Shown piece after piece: positions 39,580 through 52,925 of a stretch of 64,000 nt of DNA. Origin of the DNA: Vicugna vicugna (Eukaryota); NCBI GenBank assembly GCA_013265495.1, contig MU058037.1, positions 1 to 64,000 of the forward strand, in the 5' to 3' direction. The translations under genes were made by a program, and so were the position numbers. Below the pieces are notes generated by a model. The model had not been told where the DNA came from. It saw nothing but the letters and a program-made list of their open reading frames with translations, and ran no database searches. Numbering within the stretch: position 1 is the first letter of the stretch; every line of letters starts with the position of its first letter.

Positions 39580-40430
39580 GTATTAGCCAGGGTTTTAGTT
39601 ACAAGTAAAAGGAATTGAGATTGAACCCTAGTTGATTTAACTAGAATCTCCAGGTAGGCAGGAGGACCAAGCATGGAGGTTTCATAACCAGGATAAATGC
39701 TCCAGTTCCTGCCATATGATTGGTACGCTGCAGATCCCATTGCTGCTAGTGTCATAGATTTCACCAACTCTTAGCCACTTTTACCAGGATAGATTTAGTA
39801 AGGTTCCTGCTTTGTTCTGTTATTAGTTTTTATATGAGGGAGGGTTCTGACATGAAAGAGATGGCATGCTCAAAGGGGTCACAAAAGAAAATTTGAAGAA
39901 GGGACTACGTATTTTCAAAGGAACAAGAAGGGATAATGAAGCACCCAGGACCTAGCAACAGAAGGAAGACTTTACCACCCCTAGGTCTGAAGAGGGAAGG
40001 AAGGGAGCTTTATAAGAACGCAGCAAGATCTAGTATATGGCAGAGAGGCTGTGGCCTTACCTAGAGGAATGCAGCCATTGCCCAACTGCATATCAGCAAG
40101 GAAGAAGCAGAGGGAATAGTTACCTCAGCCTCACTCTCCTCTGGCCCTCTTATCTCTTGCCAGTGTGTTTCATTGGCCAAACACAATGGGGAGGAAGCTG
40201 GCAAGGGAAGCCCAAGGGATGTGGTTTGGTGTCTAGAGGTCAGCTTCCTGATCAGAGAGCAGGGTGGAAGATGGATCCAGAGAGGTAAATAGGAATACCC
40301 AGCACAGCTTCCAATTCAAATCATGTTTGGCAGAGCCTAGATTATGTGACCATGGCTCGGTTTCTAGGGAACTTGGAGAAGCAAGCCACTGACATTTTCA
40401 AAATGCATATTTGGAATTAGGCTATATTCT
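39580..40430. mobile_element. Old MaLR/ERVL LTR fragments, possibly nested
   Basis: tgtattagccagggttttagttacaag start; second LTR-like unit ~39830-40305 ending cccagcaca. Confidence 0.5.
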
Positions 40431-40669
40431 AATGATAGGGGAGAAAGATCAGCCATAAAGAATAATAACTGTCCCCTCAGTGGTCAAGGATAATGCCCTG
40501 GGAAAAACATTCATGATAGAGGCATGTAAAGAGCACACTTCGAAGGCAAGTAAAATAGTGGGACTAAACAGGATGGAAGGAAAACCAGAGAATTCCAGAG
40601 TCTGATAAGCAGAATCACCAGTGTCAGAGGCTCAGAGGGGTTGATTGAAACAAGAGCTGTTTCTTTTCA

Positions 40670-42822
40670 GCTATGTTTGTTTTTTGTATTTTCTCTTTGT
40701 TAAAAATGTTTAACTTGTCATTCTGTTCACCCATTCTTCTCCAAGTTCTTTGAGCATCTTTATGGTCATTACCTTGAACTCTTTATCGGGTAGATTGTTT
40801 ATCTCCACTTCACTTAGTTTGTTTTCTCTAGTCTTAATCCTTCATTTGGAACATATTTCTCTGTCATTTCATTTTGCCTAATTTACTGTTTTTCTTTCTA
40901 TGTATTTGGTAGTTTGGTTACATTCCCTGATCTTATAAAAGTTGCCTTTTTTAGAAGATGTCCTATGCATCCCAGCAGCTCATTCCCCTTTGGTCACCAC
41001 AGCTATATGCTCTAGGAATGCCACCTGTGTGGGCTGCATGCACTCTTTTGGCACAGTGGGCTGACTTCTGTGGGCAGTCTGGTGGGCATAGCTGGCCTTT
41101 TGTCCAATTCGTTGCTAGGGCTTGCCTTGTATAGAGGCTGCTGTTTGCTGATGCATGGGGCTGGGGCATGAGGCAGCTGGACCCCAGCATGGGTCCTAGG
41201 GCTAGTGCTGGCTCATTTGTGGGCGGAGCCAGGTTTTGGGGTGTGTGGTTTCAGGGCCATTGGTCCCTAACCTAGTGTAGGCCTGCTGGTGCATGCGGCA
41301 GGTTCCTGACATGGCTGGCTGCAGAGTCTGTGGTGTCTCAAAGCTGGAGCCAGCCTGCTGTTGTGTTGGGTTGGATCTTGGGGCAACTAGCTGAGGGTTC
41401 AAGGTGTCTTAGAACTGGTCTTGGCCTGTTGGTGGTTGGGACTGGAGTCCAGGGGGTCCTGGGGCTGGTGCTGGCCTACTGGTGGATGGGCTGGGTCCTG
41501 ACATGGCAGTCTGTAGGGCTGCAGTGGTCCTAGGGCTGGTGTTGGCTGGCTGGTGGGTGTGGCTGGGGCCTGGTGTATCCTGGGACTGGTGTTCACACAC
41601 TTGTAGGCACAACCTTGTCTTCGGGTCTTTATCTGCAGGGCCCTGGGTGTCCCAGAGCTTATGATGACTTGCTGGTAAGTGAGGCTGGTTTCTGACACTG
41701 CTGGCTGTGGAGTCCAGGGTATCCTAAAATTGATTTTGGTCTACTGGTGGGTAGGGCCACATCCTAGGGTGGTTCACTGAGGGTCCCAAGGTGTCCTGGA
41801 GCTGGTGTATATCCACTGGTGGGTGGGGCCAGTTCCCTGGGGATTCCTGGGTTAGTGCCTGGCTGCTGGTGGGTGGGATGGGTACTGACATGGCAGATTG
41901 TGGGGCTGTGGTGGTCTTGGGTCTGATGTCTGCCTTCTGGTGGGTGCGGCTGTATCTTGTGGCTATTGCTGGCCCACTGGTGGGTGGGACCAGGTCTTGG
42001 GGTCTCTGGCCATAGGGCTCTGGGCATCCCAGAGTTGGTGTTGGTCTGCTGGTCAGTGAGGCCAAGTCCTGTGGCAGCTGGGAGCTCAGGGGTTCCTAAG
42101 GCAGCTGGCCTGCTGGTGGGTGGGGCAGTGTCCCTGCCTGGCAAGCTGCTTGGCTTGAGGCATGCTAGTATTGGTGCTGACAGGCTGGTGCATGTGGCCA
42201 GATATGGTGGTAATAAGCTGGAGGGAGGATTCCAAAATGGAATCTAGTACCACTATCCTCCCCAAAATGGCTTCTTCCAGTGTCTACTTCCCCAGGGTGA
42301 GCTCCAGTTGCCTCCTACCTCTCCAGGGGGCTCTCCAAGACAGGGAGATGGGTGTGACCCAGGGTCCTTTCAAATTACTGCTTCTTCCTTGGGTCTCGGA
42401 GTATGTGAGGTTTTGTGTGTGTCCTTTGTAAGAGTGGAGTCTCTATTTCCTGCATTCCTCTGGCTCTCCCAAAAATAAGCCCTCCTGGCCTTCAAAGCCA
42501 AATGTTTTAGGGGCTCATCTTCCAGTGCAGGTCCCCCAGGCTGGGAAGCCTAATGTGGAGCTCAGACCTCTCACTCCTTTGGGAGAAGCTTTGTAATTGC
42601 AATTATCCTCCTGTTTGTGGATTGCCCACTTGGAGTTATGGGTCTTGACTATATCCCATCTTTGCACCTCCTGACCACCTCATTGTGGTTTCTTCTTTAT
42701 ATCTAGTAGAAGATCTTTTCTACTAGACTTCAGTTATTTCTCATCAGTAGTTGCTCTGTGCCTGTGCTGTGGGAAGAGATAAGCTCAGGGTTTTCCTACT
42801 CCACCATCTAGGCCACACCCTA
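40670..42822 (-). mobile_element. L1 5'UTR with GC-rich tandem monomer-like repeats plus ORF1 start
   Basis: Minus strand starts gggtgtggcctagatggtggagtaggaaaaccctgagct (L1 5'-end-like); ~65-70-bp imperfect units (ggcctgctggtgggtgggg...) at ~41060-42200. Confidence 0.8.
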
Positions 42823-42824
42823 TG

Positions 42825-44050
42825 AAACTCACTTTTAAGAAATGAATCTGTATGTAAATGATACCATACAATATTTGCCTTTCTCTGTCTGGCTTGTTTC
42901 ACTTAACATAATGCCCTCCAGGTGGATCCATGTTATCATAAATGGCAGAATTTTCTTTTTTAAGGCTGAATAATATTCTGTTGTATCATATACCATATTT
43001 CCTTTAGACATTCATCTGTTGAAGGATATTTAGGTTGTTTCCATATCTTGGCTATTGTGAACAATGCTGCAATGAACATGGGAGCACAGATATCTCTTTG
43101 ACATACTGATTTCATTTCCTTTGCGTGTATATTAAGGAGTGGGATTGTGAAATCATATGGTATTTTTATTTTTAATTTTTTGAGGACGTTCTATACTGTT
43201 TTCCATAATGGCTGTACCTATTTATATTCCCACAACAGGGTATAAAGGATTCCTTTTTGTCCACATTTTTACCAACATTTGTTATGTCTTGTCTTTTTGG
43301 TATTGACCATTCTAACAAGTGTGAGGTGATACCTCATTGTGGTTCTGATCTACATTTTCCTGATAATCAGTGATGTGAGCATGTGGTGCCTGTTGGCCAT
43401 TTTTATGTCTTTTTTGAAAAAAATGTCTATTTGGGTCCTTTGCCCATTTGAAAATCGGAGTATTTGCTTTTTTGCTATTGAATTGCATGATTTCTTTATA
43501 TATTTTGGATATTAACCTTTTATAACATAAATGGTTTGCAAATACTTTCTTCCATTCAGTAGATTACCTTTTCAATTAATAGATTGTTTCTTTCCTTGTG
43601 CATAAGTTCTTTAGTGTGATGTACTCTCACTTGTTTGTTTTAGCTTTTGTTACCTGTGCTTTTTATGTTTTATCCAAGATATCATTGCCAAGATCAATGT
43701 CAGGGAGCTTTTCTCGTATGTTTTCTTCTAGGAATTTTATGGTCTCAGGTTTTACATTAAGTCTTTAATCTATTTCTGATTAATTTTTGTAAGTGGTGTA
43801 AGATGGGGTCCAGTTTCATTCTTCGGCATGTGAATATCCAGTTTGCCCAACATCATTTGTTAAAGATGCTCTGCTTTTCCCATTGTGTATTCTTGAAGTG
43901 CTTGTCAAAAGTGAATTGACCATATATGCATGGATTTATTTCTGGGCTCTCTATTCTGTTCCACTGGTCTATGTGCCTTGTTTTATGTCAATACCATACT
44001 ATTTTGATTACTATATCATTATAATATCATTTTAAATCAGGAAGCATGCT
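42825..44050 (-). mobile_element. Old L1 ORF2 3' fragment
   Basis: Homologous to 30810-32530 (gtgaggtgatacctcattgtgg; tttcttctagg). Confidence 0.9.
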
Positions 44051-44245
44051 CCTCTACAAATGAGTACAACCATCAGTACTGGGTAGATCTGTGGTTTTTC
44101 TGATCGAGACTTTCATTGCTTCAGTATGGCTGACCTAAACCTGGGAAGGAGGTGGATGGGTAGGGAATAGGGTATGTAAGTTAAGATTATTTGGTATCAG
44201 TTGAAATCAAGATATATGACAGCTCCTAATCAGTAGTAATTATAT

Positions 44246-44802
44246 GTGGTTGATTAAAGATGTCTTGAAATTTTTCGAATCTTTTCCATTCAAGAGTTGG
44301 AGTCTGTGACCCTTGAGTTTAGGCAGTTTCTATGACTGATTGGCCAATCAGTATGGTGGCAGTGACACTGTGCAAGTTTCAGTTCCAGGCTTTAGGAACC
44401 TGACAGTTTCCATGTTGTGCCTCTTGGAACACTGTCTCTGGGCGCTCTAAGCTACCATGTATGAAGTCCAACAACCCTGAGACTACCAGTCTGGAAAGGC
44501 TGCATGTGGGCACTCTGGTTGATAGTTCCAGCTGAATCCAGCCTTGAAGGCATCCTGCAAAGGGGCCAGATAGATGAGTGAAGGTATCCTGAACTCTGCA
44601 GACCAGCCTACTTGCCAGTTGAATATCACCATATGCCCTATGTTGACACCACATGAAGCAGAAGACTCACCCAGATGAGCCCTGCTTGAATTTGTGACCC
44701 AAATTTGTGACTCAAAAATTTCGAGTCATTTTTTTAAAAAGTTACTGTTTTAGACTGTTAAATTGTGGGATAATTTTTTATATAGCAATAGATAACTAAA
44801 AT
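44246..44802 (+). mobile_element. MaLR LTR, MLT1F/G-like
   Basis: tgtggttgattaaagatg start; atagcaatagataactaaaata end. Confidence 0.8.
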
Positions 44803-45899
44803 AGAGAATTGAAATAGCATGTCCCAGACTGTTAAAGGGTGAAACTCATTTTAAAGTGAAATTTATTAACAATTTTGACATTAAAAAGCCATCTGAATTT
44901 GTTAATTAAAAATACTTAATCCCCAAAGCTACTATAATTTCACAGTTGCTTTAAAATAAATCTGCATTTTGTTATCAAAACAGCATTTACATATATTGGA
45001 AAAAATACTAGTTTCTATATGTATGAGACATGTGAAAGTATTTAGATTTGTGAAGCTTTGTACTTATTCCTCAGAACACCAAAGATCTATGGCCCATTGG
45101 TCTTAGAGACCAAACTAATTCTACTTGTCTTAATAGATGTAAAAAAAATTGGACATGATTCAGGAGCTAGTGGGACCAGCCCTTTGAAGTCCACTGATGA
45201 TTTATCCTTGAAAAATTTTCTCTGTAGACCTGAGTTCAAATATGGACTGCAAAAATATTGGTATCTAGGCAATGGGTAAAAAAACATATATGTATATTAA
45301 TTTCTCACATACACTTTTATTTCATGATGTTCAGAAATTAATACTGATTATTTTCATTATATATTTCCAGAATATTATTTTATGAATTATTATTCCAGGA
45401 ATTATTTTCTGAATACCCTACTTGACCAATAAATTTATTATAGGTACTTGTAAATTCTCATAGTATCATTTGACCTTTGACCCTTATTTGGATCAAATTT
45501 GCTTTAAAATGTCTCATACTGAAGAATGAGAAGTCTTATATAGAAAAGTAAGTTAAGGAAAATATTAAGGTTTTTTTCTTAAAGATAAAATGTCTGATTT
45601 TAAGCTAGTTCAGCATTGCAGTTGCATCCAGTATCAATGTAATTTCTTTTACATTACTCGGTATTATGTATCTGGTATATTTTCAGAGCAGCTTGAAAAG
45701 CAATTGAGTAGACTATGTAAGTGTTCTTTCTAGTGAGCATTACCTGGTACAAATGGATTATGTAATACGACTGTTTACCTCTGTGGAATTCAGTGTGTGA
45801 TAGATAAATCTACTAAATTTACTCCTGGCCTGCCATAACCCAAAGGATGTACGCTTAAATCTAGGGGGAAAAAAAAGCAATATCCGAGACTAAATCTAC

Positions 45900-46945
45900 T
45901 GATGTTGAACCCTTACTTACAAGATAAATATAGCTACACATATGAACCTATCTGAAAATAAAAGGAGAAAAGCTTATAAAATAATTTTGGGACATTTGAC
46001 TATCCATTGGAAGGAAAAAGTTGATTTCTTTCTTATACCGTTAACAATAGTAAGTTTCAGAAAGATTAAATATTTAAATGTGAAATTATATGCACCATAT
46101 AATTATTAGAGGAAAAATAATAAAAATCGTTTTGAGTTTTTGAAGGGGTGAAGGATTTTCTTAGTTTTATCACATTAAAGAAAAATTGAATCAGTTTGAC
46201 CTTATAGTAGTAATAATGGTAGTAATAATAATAATAATCATTGACGTGACAACACTAAAACAAAATTAAAAAACCCATAACAAAGATGTCACAGGGTTAG
46301 GAACATATACTTATTTTGTAAAGATGTTTTAGAAATCAATAAAACAGTTAAATGCTTAAATAGAACAATGGACAAAGGATCTAAAGAGGCAAGTTTCAAA
46401 AGAAGAAATTCATGTAGAGGCCAATAAACAAGAGAAGACACTTAATTTCACAATAATTAGAGAATTACAAATTAAAATGACAATATGGTGGTATTTTGTC
46501 CAGCTACCATATGTATGTCAAAGATGAGAAAGATTGCTGATAGCCAGAGTGGATGAAGATTCGAGGAAACAGGCCATTGTCTGCACTCTGGAGGCAGTCT
46601 AAATTGACTAACCTTTCTGGAAGACAAGCTTGTGTTAAAATGTGTTTACCGTTTTTGACTCAAGAATTCACTTCTAGGTAGTCTAAAGAAATAATCATAT
46701 AAATATCCCAGAGATGTTTTATTTAAGTGTTGTGTATAATAGCAAAATTGGCATGAACCCAAATGTCCATCCATACAGTAGAAAAATAGCTGTTTAATAA
46801 AAGACAAGCTAAGTGTCCACTGATAGATGAATGGGCAAAGAAATTATATCTGTTTATAGTGGAATATTAGTCAGCCTTGAGAAAGGAGATCCTGACATTT
46901 GCAGCAATGTAGATGAACCCGCAGGACATTATGCTAAGTGAAATA
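45900..46945 (+). mobile_element. Very old L1 (L1ME/MC-like) ORF2 3' fragments
   Basis: aacccaaatgtccatc, gtgtccactgatagatgaatgg and ggacattatgctaagtgaaata motifs. Confidence 0.75.
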
Positions 46946-48173
46946 CTCCCTCCCACTCCCCCGTTTTTCCACTTCTTTTTTCCTACCCTTTTAGACAGTA
47001 GCATTATAACAAGAACAAGAATACTTCCTCTCAAGGACCTCTGGACAACACCTTGTTTTGCATATTCAGAGAAGCAAAATGAATAAATTACCCACACCAA
47101 CTTCAATTTAAGGCAGCTGTAATGATAGCAAGCCTCATCTGAAATATTGGTGAGCAGAGGCCTTTGGCAGGTTAGCCTTTGCTGCAGGGAAGATCTGTGA
47201 ATATCTGCCGTTAGAGAAAGGAGGTCACCAAAATCTTGGCCTTGCCAAGTCCCTCTGTCTCCCTTCCCTCTCCTCTCTATCAATAATTAGAATGCTGCTT
47301 TTTACTTGGAGGTGTAAGGTCTATGCAGTGGTTCTAAGTCAGGGATACATATCAGAACTTTGGGAAGATTTTTAGAAATAAAGATGCCTGGGAAGTACCT
47401 CTAGGAGATCTGTTTGGATCACTGGAATCTATTTCATTTGAAACATTCCTTTGGTGATTCTCATGGTCAGCCAGCACTGGCAGTCATTGGAAGCCATAGC
47501 TCATTGCATAAATATGCAAAGCTTTAAAGACCTGCATACTCATTAGGCCCCTAGAGATGTCTTTCAGGACTCATTTCTTTATAAATCATATAAAATACAT
47601 TTTTGGTCTTTTCTCCAGTTAGCAGTGAGCTCTCCCTTCTCTGACTGCTTATAATAATTCTTGTATGTCCTACATTACTCAGACGGTACCCTGATCTGAC
47701 ATTATGTTACTGGTTCATGTATTCAACAAATAGTTATGTAGCACTTTCTACATTCCAGGCTCTCTTACAGGGTTCAGTTATTATTTATTGTTCCTGATTG
47801 TGTGTTGCATCCATCCCTATGTGTTCATCTCAAACCACTATAATAAAGAATTTACATATGTCTGCCCATCCCACTATTGCTGAGTTCAGTGATTGTGTCT
47901 TATTTATATTTGTGTTTCTAGTGCTTAGTACTTCCCTTGGCATTTAGTGAGTGCTCAGTGAATGTTAGCTTATGTTATTATCCTTGAGGGAGTGGAGAGA
48001 ACAGATGGTGTGTTCTAGGACTAACAGGTCATTGATACCTATTCAGTGTGGCTAGTATATAGCAGGCATGGGAGGAGGTGGTGAGTGTTGAGGCTGAATA
48101 GGCAGGCAAGGCCGGATCATGAAGGGTCTTAAATGTTATGCTAAGAAGTTTTGATTTTATATACAGTGGTGAG

Positions 48174-48757
48174 TGCTGTGATCTGAATGTTTGCTCCCCG
48201 CCCTCAATTCATACATTGAAAACCTAATGCCCAAGGTGGTTGTCTTAGGAGGTGGAGCCTATTGGAGGCAATTAGAAATGATTAGTTGCTTTTTTTAAAC
48301 TCTTAAATACGTATTTTTATTGAAGTATTGTCAGTTTACAATGTTGTGTCAATTTTTGGTGTACAGCACAATGCTTCAGTCATACAGGAACATACATATG
48401 TTCATTTTCATATTCTTTTTCACCATAGGTTACTACAAGATATTGAATATAGTTCCCTGTGCTATACAGTATGAACTTGTTGTTTATCTATTTTATATGT
48501 ATTAATTAGTATCTGCAAATCTCGGAATGAGATTAGTATCTTTGAAGCCCCATAGAGATCCCATTTCCCTTTCCGCTTCAGGGCGCAGCGACAAGTCAGC
48601 AGTCTGCAAACCAGACCAGGGCCTTCACCAGAATCTGACTTGCTGGCGCTCTGATCTCAGACTCCCAGCCTCTGAGACTGTGCGAAGTGAGTTTCTATTG
48701 TTTATAAACCACTCAGTCTATGCTATTCTGTTATAGCAGGCCAAACAGACTAAGACA
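48174..48757 (+). mobile_element. MaLR solo LTR (MLT1A/MST-like) interrupted by a young L1 3' end
   Basis: TG...CA ends (gactaagaca); TSD gtgag/gcgag (48169-48173, 48758-48762). Confidence 0.85.
48290..48524 (-). mobile_element. Young L1 3' end
   Basis: ttattgaagtattgtcagtttacaatgttgtgtc; degenerate duplicated flank (aatg..attagt..cttt). Confidence 0.9.
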
Positions 48758-48953
48758 GCGAGACACTCAAAGTTTTACACACTAAAGAAGCATGATGAGA
48801 GTTAGCTGGGAAGTTAGGAGAAGAGCCGGATTCGGCCATGGTTGGTCAGTTAGGGCTTGTTGCAGTAATCTTGATGAGGTATGACACAGGCCTAAACACA
48901 GGCTCTGGTAGAGGGATAAAGGAAGAAAGGATCGAATAATTCCTGATGCATTT

Positions 48954-49154
48954 CCAGTGGTTTGCTGGAGCTAGTTTGTACTAGTTTGTGACAGCTGATT
49001 CTGTACCGCTCTTCCCAGTCCACGATCCGTGTCTTCACATTAGTAGCTTAAAATTGGCCGTGGTGGGAATATTTACTTTATGGAAATAGGCAAACACTAC
49101 AAATCAAGGGTTTTGCTCTTTTTCCTGAAAGATATTTTGCCAACACATCACTGG
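48954..49154. mobile_element. MER63-like hAT DNA transposon (related copy ~62222-62375)
   Basis: Imperfect TIRs ccagtggtttgctgg / ccaacacatcactgg. Confidence 0.7.
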
Positions 49155-49987
49155 ATTTACCTCGGTTTAAAGGTCATTCCACCTAGAAAGCCTTACCTTA
49201 TTGCCATGCCTGGGTAAGGTGCATCTTCCGTATGCTCTCATTGCATCCTACTCCATCCACGTTAGAATACTCAACACTCTGTATTTTAATAACCCATTTA
49301 CTTATTTGCGTATCATGCTGGGTTGTAAGCTTTGTGATGGCAGCGATGTGTCTGCCATGTTCACAGCTGTACCCCATGCTCACCATATCAATAAGTGTTC
49401 AAAGATAATGATGTGTGGATGAATAATGTTTTATCTCAGTAGTTCGTGTGGCAGATATGTTTCTACAGCAATTCCAGAAGTGGTGTCTGTACATGGTTCA
49501 TACTTTTTCTTCTTTAGGATAAGTTGAATGAGTCAGAATTACAATGTAATTATCAAAAAAGCCGTATATGTCCTCACCTCTTGAAAGAGAATGGAAAGAA
49601 TAGATCATTTCTCTGATCATAACATAAAAGAAATATTTTAAAAGAAATTATTTTTCATTTTGTTTTAATTTTCCCCTTGTGGATATGAAGACTGCAGTTT
49701 TCTTGGCATTTCTAAGTGTAGCAGGGAAAGAAAGAGACTTTTGAAGATCTAAGCCAGCATTTTATAATAGCTGGGAAAGTATCCTTTCAGTATTTTGGTT
49801 TGGAGAAGAAACAAAGGGTATCAGGAAAAAACGGAGACTTTCTTTAACTTTTTCATATTGTTGACATTACACCTGTCAAAATAGATAACTTCCTGTCAGA
49901 ATAGATATGTATACTTACATGCACCTATAAAACATATATAAAGCACAGTTATTAAACTAATGCTTGTGAGACATTTGTAACATAGCT

Positions 49988-50510
49988 GTGCTCCTTATCT
50001 ACTGCTGCATAACATGGCCCTAGAACTTAGTGGCTTAAAATAGTGCACATTATTGGACTCAATTTCTGTGGGTCAGAAATCTAATAGCGTCTTAGCTGTG
50101 TGATTTTGACTTAGGATCTCTCTTGAGGTTGAGGTCAAGATGTTGACCTGAGCTACAGTCATCTGAAGCCTTGAAAAGAGCTGGAGGATGAACTTCCAGG
50201 GTAGCTCACTTGCATGCATGGCAGGTTAGTACTTGTTTTGTCAGGAGACTTCTCCATTGGGCTGCTTGAGTATGCTCATGACACGGCGTTTGATTTCCTC
50301 CAGAAAGAGTGATGTGAAAGAATGAGCAAAGAGAAAGCCACAGTACCTTTTATTGACCTAATCTACACCTTTTGTTGCCATATTCTCTTCCTTGGAAGCA
50401 AGTCACTAAATACAGCCTACACTCTAGAGAGAGGTTGTGGTTAAGCTCTGTCTACCCTTTGAATGAAAGAGTATCAAAGACTTTGTGGACATATTTTAAA
50501 ACTACCATGA
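49988..50510 (-). mobile_element. MaLR LTR, MLT1E/F-like
   Basis: tatctactgctgcataac...acttagtggcttaaaa start; ttttaaaactaccat end. Confidence 0.8.
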
Positions 50511-51999
50511 TGGCAAAATACTTATGTTGTGTTCTGAGTAAAAAACCAAATTCAAAATTACTCATGTAATATCAAAATTGGGTTAGAAAAATAGCATAAA
50601 AAATTAAAGAGAAGCAAATTATGAATAGACCAATAATCATGTAAGAGGTGTTTGAAAAGAGAATTAAAAACTAATGGCTAAGAAGGAAAAATAATTGTAA
50701 CAGAGGACCTTAAATATAAAGAGTTCTTACAAAAAAGTAAAAAAAAAATTTACATGACTTAGGATAGCAATCAGGGCATGGGGAATGGACAGGATCCAGA
50801 GGTGTACGTGAAGTGCCAAGACAGCAGATCAGACTATAATAAGGAGATCCTGGAACGAAAGCAAATTGTGCACCAGCCAAAAAGCTGTATGTGCTTTCTT
50901 AAGGGCAAAGGCTTGTTTCAGAGCAAGCCAGATTAGGTTCTGCAGGAAAAAACAAGGTGACTTAATTAACTTACGTGGAAAACAGTGAGTGAGGCTGGAG
51001 GTACGGCCTAATTCTGGCGTTAATGATTTGTGATTAAATGAGATCTTTCTCCTAGATATTTGACCTGCCACACCTACCCTATCTTTATTTCATGTATGTA
51101 TGACATAATGTTTTCATGCTTTCTTCTGCCGTATTGAGTATTGATTTTCTGCTCCAGCCACTTGGGACTATGGTAATCAAGTCTACCGCTTCCCAAAGCT
51201 GGACGTTCCCGGTTACAGGATGGAAATATTGTAGGTGAAGGGAAAAAGATAACTGCCCCACGAGGACTCAAATGAAACTAGAGACCACATCCCTGAGGTG
51301 TAAATTAGGAGCTGTTGGCAAACAATGGAGTAAAATGACTTAGGGAAATCAGTGCTTCTCAATAGTCAAAGCACTAGGTCCCAAAGATAGACAATGACAC
51401 TTGATGCTTCTTCTGACAAACTGCTTTGCAGAGCTGAACATTTAGTGTGAGTCTGCTTTTGTGGAATCATGCAGAGAGCATAGCATATTCTTAACATATG
51501 CAGACTCTTCTAAGTGGCCCCTTAGGAAAAGAGAGAAGAAAAGTCTTTAGAAAGACAAGTTGAGTGGTGTCTTTCCCAATAAGCTATTGTATGTATTGAA
51601 AAGTAGCTTTGCAGTGTAGACATTGGCTACACCTCAGTGGAATGGATGCAGAATGTTTTGTTTTTCATGAGATTTGATAGTCTTAAAATATTTTCTCCTC
51701 AAATGCTGCGATGATGTATTCTAGTCCACTTCATATCTTTCTGATGAAGCCAAGATGCTTCCTAGAATTGTCTTCCCTCTATAACCATGGTTCTTTACCA
51801 TCTCAAAATCCTTCCTCTGCCTTCGGGCCTGGCGCCAACCACCCTGTCCTTCATTTCTTTCACAGCCCGGCCAGAAGCTTACCTCTTCAAAAAGTCTTCT
51901 AAGATTAACCTCCTCTCTCTTCCATCACTGCCAAACTTAGAGTTCTAAGTCTCAAGTCTTTAGTTGATTGTATATTATTGATAACTGTGTTTTTAAAAT

Positions 52000-52418
52000 T
52001 TAATTTAATTTTTAATTTTTAAAAATGTATTTTTATTGAAGTACAGTCAGTTTACAATGTTGTGTCAGTTTCAGGTGTACAGCACAATACTTCAGTCACA
52101 TAGGAACATACATACATTCGTTCTCATATTCTTCACCATAGGTTACTACAAGATATTGAATGTGGTTCCCTGTGCTATAAGTATAAACTTGTTGTTTATC
52201 TATTTTATATATATTAGTTAGTATCTTCAAATCTCAAACTCCTAATTTATCCCTTCCCACTCCCTTCCCCCTCTGGTAACTGTAAGTTTGTTTTCTATGT
52301 CTATGAGTCTGTTTCTGTTTTGTAAATAAGTTCATTTGTCTTTTTTCTTTTTAATAATCCACATATAAGTGATATCATGTGGTATTTTTCTTTCTCTTTC
52401 TGGCTTACTTCACTTAGT
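52000..52418 (-). mobile_element. Young L1 3' end (intronic to the plexin-like remnant)
   Basis: [20 protein letters not shown] peptide plus 3'UTR and T-rich tail. Confidence 0.93.
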
Positions 52419-52474
52419 GAGTTTTTTAAAAAATAATTTCCAAGCTGTGCCTTTTCTATAGTCCAGTGTTGCAA

Positions 52475-52925
52475 TACAGTAGTAGTTGAGACTGTGGGCC
52501 TTGATCCTACATCCCAGCTCTTCCACTCATTAGCCATGTGACTTTGGGCAAGTAACTTCTCAGCATCTCAGTTTCCTTATCAGTAAAATGAGAATAATAT
52601 TAGTGCCTATCTTGTAGGGTTGTTGTGAGTACTGGAAGATAATATATATCAAATGCTCAGAAACCACTGAGTAAATGTAAGTTATTAACATAAGAGAAGC
52701 TGCATTGGCAGGACTAGTATGTGTAGAGGAAAAGACATGATTTTGTTGAAACCCAGATCTGCAGTTTAGTAGTATAATGACCTTTGGCATGTTACTTAAG
52801 TTTTCTGAGCCTTAATTTCCTTACAGTAAATGGGAAAAATAATAAATTTACCAACTTCTGGGCTGAACGGCTTATGGAGTGAATGCAGGGCTGGTACTTA
52901 GAGGTGCTAACGAATGTTTGTTTCC
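52475..52925 (+). mobile_element. Two tandem MIR elements
   Basis: tgtgactttgggcaagtaactt...ctcagtttccttatcagtaaaatg; second copy from ~52720. Confidence 0.85.

Noticed and set aside
40963..42431. Cluster of overlapping Pro/Gln- and Gly/Trp-rich ORFs
   Set aside because: Explained by GC-rich L1 5'UTR tandem repeats.
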